Of a DNA stretch of 64,000 nt, positions 61,037-64,000 are shown piece by piece. The stretch is taken from sequence record PX092659.1; one strand, written 5' to 3'. The position numbers and the translations under genes are program-made. The stretch's first letter is position 1. Every line of letters begins with the position of its first letter. The notes beneath the pieces were generated by a model that worked only from the letters and a program-made list of their open reading frames with translations, was not told where the DNA came from and did no database searches. The stretch comes from a phage.

Positions 61037-61065
61037 TTGCTAAAATGCTTAAGTTTCTGTATAAT
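61037..61065 (+). promoter_or_regulatory. sigma70-type early promoter: TTGCTA-N17-TATAAT
   Basis: Cassette match. Confidence 0.6.
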
Positions 61066-61095
61066 TACTTTATAAATTGATGAGAAGGAATCAAA

Positions 61096-61527
61096 ATGAA
61101 CAAAGTTGATAAAGCTCTAGTTTTCGCAGCAGCAGATAAGTTTGAACAAGTTAAGGCAACTTTCCGAACCTTGTTCCAGTCTTACGTTCAGGATAAGTCT
61201 AATCCTATTTCTGAACGCTTGATGGTTTGGGAGTGTCATGCTTGCAATGCCCTGCTAATTGCTGATTACCGTAGTGATATAGATAAAGATCTTTGTGAAA
61301 TCCTTATCCCCGAGGAAGCAGAACGTTATCAGTTAATCTCTTTCCAAGATTTGGCGGAGCATATCATTCCTGATGATCTTTGGGACAAATATTACGGTGA
61401 TCCTGAAGATGAAGGAATGACTCCAGAAGCCTGTATTGAGCTGATCTGCAAAGATCATCCTGAAATTGCAGAGAAATTTGAAAAAGTTTTTGCTTCTGAG
61501 TTCTCCGGCGTTGTTAACGATTGGTAA
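61096..61527 (+). CDS. hypothetical protein
   Basis: 143-aa track ORF after GAGAAGGAATCAAA RBS. Confidence 0.5.
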   Translation: MNKVDKALVFAAADKFEQVKATFRTLFQSYVQDKSNPISERLMVWECHACNALLIADYRSDIDKDLCEILIPEEAERYQLISFQDLAEHIIPDDLWDKYYGDPEDEGMTPEACIELICKDHPEIAEKFEKVFASEFSGVVNDW

Positions 61528-61544
61528 GTAATTAAAAAATTCAG

Positions 61545-61573
61545 TTGCTTTAAGCCTTAAAATTCTGTATAAT
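61545..61573 (+). promoter_or_regulatory. sigma70-type early promoter: TTGCTT-N17-TATAAT
   Basis: Cassette match. Confidence 0.6.
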
Positions 61574-61605
61574 AAGTTCATAAATTAATGAGAGAGGAAA
61601 TTCTA

Positions 61606-61884
61606 ATGGAAAACATGACTAAAGACTTCGACGCCTCTAACCTTACCAAGACTGAAATGGCCAATGTATTAGCAATTCTCCTCGACATGCAAGGATTTGA
61701 GGGGCAACTGATGAAAATGTCTATTCCGGCGATGAAGAAGATGTATGATTCTCTTAACAAGAACGCTATGGCCTTTAACTTAGCAAAACAAGAGGCACGC
61801 TTTGCTAAGGAGCATCAAGCAGTGGCAGAACGCCGAGCAGCTAGCTTTGAGCGTGAAGTCAAGCAATTAAAGAAAAAATGCTAA
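61606..61884 (+). CDS. hypothetical protein
   Basis: ATG 61606 (MENMTKDF) after GAGAGG; track ORF extends to 61588. Confidence 0.4.
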   Translation: MENMTKDFDASNLTKTEMANVLAILLDMQGFEGQLMKMSIPAMKKMYDSLNKNAMAFNLAKQEARFAKEHQAVAERRAASFEREVKQLKKKC

Positions 61885-62414
61885 CACAAGAAAGATTAAA
61901 AGAGTTATTTGAATACCGCCCGGAAACGGGCGAGTTTATAAGGAAAGTCAGTAGAGGACGAGGTAAAGCAGGTAGTATTGCTGGTAGTCCTGATAAGGAT
62001 GGTTATATATTTATTGGGATAAATAGAAGAAGATATGCAGCCCATAGGTTAGCCTTTTTGTACATGGAGGGGTATATTCCAAATCTAGTACACCACTTAA
62101 ATAATATAAGAAAAGATAATAGATGGTGTAATTTAAAAGATTGTACGTCCCAAGAAAATAATCGTAGCAAAATCGCTCAATCTAATTCGGGGTACTTAGG
62201 AGTTACCTGGAAAAAAGATCGACAACAATGGAGAGTCCAGGCCAGAAGCGCCGAAAGCATTACAGTACACGGAGGCTACTTTAGGTATCTAGATTTAGAG
62301 TTGGCAGTTCAAAGAGCTAATGAACTACGTTTAGAACTACATGGGCCTAATGCTGTTATAGAAACTTTTGATCATACAAAACCCTTACCTACTTTAGAGG
62401 ACTTAAATAAATGA
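61878..62414 (+). CDS. HNH homing endonuclease (paralog family)
   Basis: 178 aa; MLTQERLKELFEYRPETGEFIRKV and AHRLAFLYMEGYIPNLVHHLNNIRKDNRWCNL; closest paralog of 5283-5816. Confidence 0.7.
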   Translation: MLTQERLKELFEYRPETGEFIRKVSRGRGKAGSIAGSPDKDGYIFIGINRRRYAAHRLAFLYMEGYIPNLVHHLNNIRKDNRWCNLKDCTSQENNRSKIAQSNSGYLGVTWKKDRQQWRVQARSAESITVHGGYFRYLDLELAVQRANELRLELHGPNAVIETFDHTKPLPTLEDLNK

Positions 62415-62692
62415 TTACAGAAATTCTCATTGGATTGCTAGTGCTTATGACACTAGCAGCGATTGGTGGGATTATTGGTATTGTAAGCATACGAAAAAAT
62501 ATGGAGGGTATGATTATTACTAATAGTGGACTTCACTGTCGTTTGATAGAACAAGAACAAGATATTGAACTAGCACAGAGACGCTCAGATATTCTAAAAG
62601 AAAAACTAAACAATATTGAAGCAATAGCTGGAAATACCAAATTACCTGCCAAAGTAATGCGTGCACAGATAATCACGGAGATTAAAAAATGA
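62411..62692 (+). CDS. hypothetical membrane protein
   Basis: 93 aa; N-terminal TM helix (ILIGLLVLMTLAAIGGIIGIV). Confidence 0.45.
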   Translation: MITEILIGLLVLMTLAAIGGIIGIVSIRKNMEGMIITNSGLHCRLIEQEQDIELAQRRSDILKEKLNNIEAIAGNTKLPAKVMRAQIITEIKK

Positions 62693-62934
62693 TGATGTTT
62701 ATTCTAGCATTTTATTTGATTGTGGTAGGGGTTCTAGTTACTAAGTACCATACATGGGCACCAAAGAATGTAGGTAAGGTAGCACTGTTTGTTATCCCAG
62801 TTCCACTTATTATACTTTCTATGCTACTGGTGATGTTAATAGGTAAAGTAACAAAAACAGATGTTAAGCGCATTGCTGACGAATTGCAACAGTCCTGTGA
62901 TATGGTTGAGGATATTCTTAAAGATGAAGCTTAA
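62689..62934 (+). CDS. hypothetical membrane protein
   Basis: 81 aa; two TM helices. Confidence 0.45.
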   Translation: MMMFILAFYLIVVGVLVTKYHTWAPKNVGKVALFVIPVPLIILSMLLVMLIGKVTKTDVKRIADELQQSCDMVEDILKDEA

Positions 62935-63250
62935 TTTTAATGAATTAAATACCTTACATGAGATATTACAGTTTGTGAATAATAATATTAGTATTCCAGA
63001 TGATACACTAGAAGTTCTCAGGGTAATCGAGAAAAAGGTAGGAATTGAAATTGAGGACTCTTGGAAACCACTTTCTGTATTAACACCTCTTAATATGAAA
63101 GTGATAGTTAAAAATATCGATACTGGTGAAGAATGTAAGATGATTCGTAAAGAACTAGCTGATAGTTATTCACCAAAGTCTGTAGTAATGTATCATGATG
63201 ACACACCTAAGATCCTACAGACAGCTAATTACGTATGGCGTCTCCCATGA
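62924..63250 (+). CDS. hypothetical protein
   Basis: ATG 62924 (MKLNFNELNT) overlapping previous stop; track ORF extends to 62861. Confidence 0.45.
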   Translation: MKLNFNELNTLHEILQFVNNNISIPDDTLEVLRVIEKKVGIEIEDSWKPLSVLTPLNMKVIVKNIDTGEECKMIRKELADSYSPKSVVMYHDDTPKILQTANYVWRLP

Positions 63251-63349
63251 TTGATTTAGTACCAATTACTGCGGGGCTACTGGCACTATTAGTGCTCGCA
63301 GTTTTTATTATTGTGGAGCAGGCCAAAGTAATAAGGAGACTTAAAAACA

Positions 63350-63550
63350 ATGATAAAACGTCTTGTTTATCAGGCACCAAAGATTGTAACTGAGTATTTT
63401 GTATTACTGCCTCAGATTGTATTTCTAACAGCATTATTTAATATACTTTTTCGACATCTAGGAATAACGGAAAATATTTTCTACACTTCTGAACTACTTC
63501 CTTTTATGTACGAAGGCATCCTCGTGGCAATTAACGGAGTTCGTAAATGA
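63350..63550 (+). CDS. hypothetical small membrane protein
   Basis: 66-aa track ORF; a 47-aa TM ORF at about 63247-63390 overlaps it, so the gene model is unresolved. Confidence 0.35.
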   Translation: MIKRLVYQAPKIVTEYFVLLPQIVFLTALFNILFRHLGITENIFYTSELLPFMYEGILVAINGVRK

Positions 63551-64000
63551 CAGCACTACAACAACTACAGAATTACTGGTTTGATAACCAATTTAACGAT
63601 CTCTTTATCCAGTTATTTGTCGAAACGAACGGACGCTTCAACTACCGATTCTTTAATAAGTTTCACGAAACAAAATTCTCGCATACAGAAATTAATGCAG
63701 CGATCCAAGACCTAACTGGTTCTAAAGTAATTCAGTATCGTGAAGTAGACTTCACACCGGATTGCTTTGGGTTTAAATTGTTTAAGAAAGCGTATAAATT
63801 TGGTAAGTTTGAAGATGCTCGTCAATGGGTTTACGATTTCTGGTACAACACTGATATTGTTCCTAGTCGTGTACTGATTCTTAACTGGATTGCTAAACAA
63901 CATCCACCTAAAGCTCAATCGTCCTTCTTACCAACAGACACAGGAAACCTTTACCATGACAGAAAAGAAAAATCCATTGCTGGAGCAGATGAAGGAATGG
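63547..64000 (+). CDS. hypothetical protein, partial (continues beyond window end)
   Basis: Open frame from ATG 63547 (MTALQQLQNYWFDNQF...) with no stop before 64000; not in track because it runs off the edge. Confidence 0.45.
   Translation, partial: MTALQQLQNYWFDNQFNDLFIQLFVETNGRFNYRFFNKFHETKFSHTEINAAIQDLTGSKVIQYREVDFTPDCFGFKLFKKAYKFGKFEDARQWVYDFWYNTDIVPSRVLILNWIAKQHPPKAQSSFLPTDTGNLYHDRKEKSIAGADEGM

Noticed and set aside
1-64000. CRISPR array, integrase, transposase or IS element
   Set aside because: No regularly spaced direct repeats with unique spacers were seen; the only dispersed repeats are the promoter cassette and tRNA T-arm motifs; no recombinase-like ORF found.

Overview
The window looks like the early region of a T5-like (Tequintavirus-like) virulent siphophage. 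Positions 1-23708 carry replication and nucleotide-metabolism genes on the minus strand: an SF2 helicase (partial), family A DNA polymerase, primase, a split NAD-dependent ligase (ligB/ligA), a large P-loop replication NTPase, Sir2-like and HAD-like genes, class III RNR NrdD. Positions 24005-64000 are on the plus strand: PhoH, NrdA/NrdB, DHFR, ThyA, RNase H, a DexA-like exonuclease, an SPFH protein, a tRNA cluster of about 26 tRNAs interleaved with small ORFs, a GrcA-like glycyl-radical protein, dNMP kinase, a ClpP-like protease, holin and endolysin, a thioredoxin-like protein and two metallophosphoesterases. Seven HNH homing-endonuclease paralogs and two Zn-ribbon/T5orf172-like proteins are scattered through both blocks. 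Nearly every transcription unit is preceded by the same promoter cassette (TTGCTT/A-N17-TATAAT), and rho-independent terminators are frequent. The most unusual items are: an oppositely oriented two-gene module with its own TTGACA promoter (38471-39981) next to the SPFH gene; atypical tRNAs (a long-variable-arm tRNA with GUU anticodon, short-arm tRNAs with Leu anticodons); several promoter-driven ORF-free stretches with tRNA-like relics; and a 600-nt untranslated leader beside the replication NTPase gene. No CRISPR array, integrase or transposase was seen. All RNA, promoter and terminator coordinates were derived by hand and may be off by 1-3 nt; tRNA isotypes come from manual cloverleaf folding and need tRNAscan-SE or ARAGORN confirmation. 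Protein functions are inferred from motifs read in the ORF-track translations, not from database searches.
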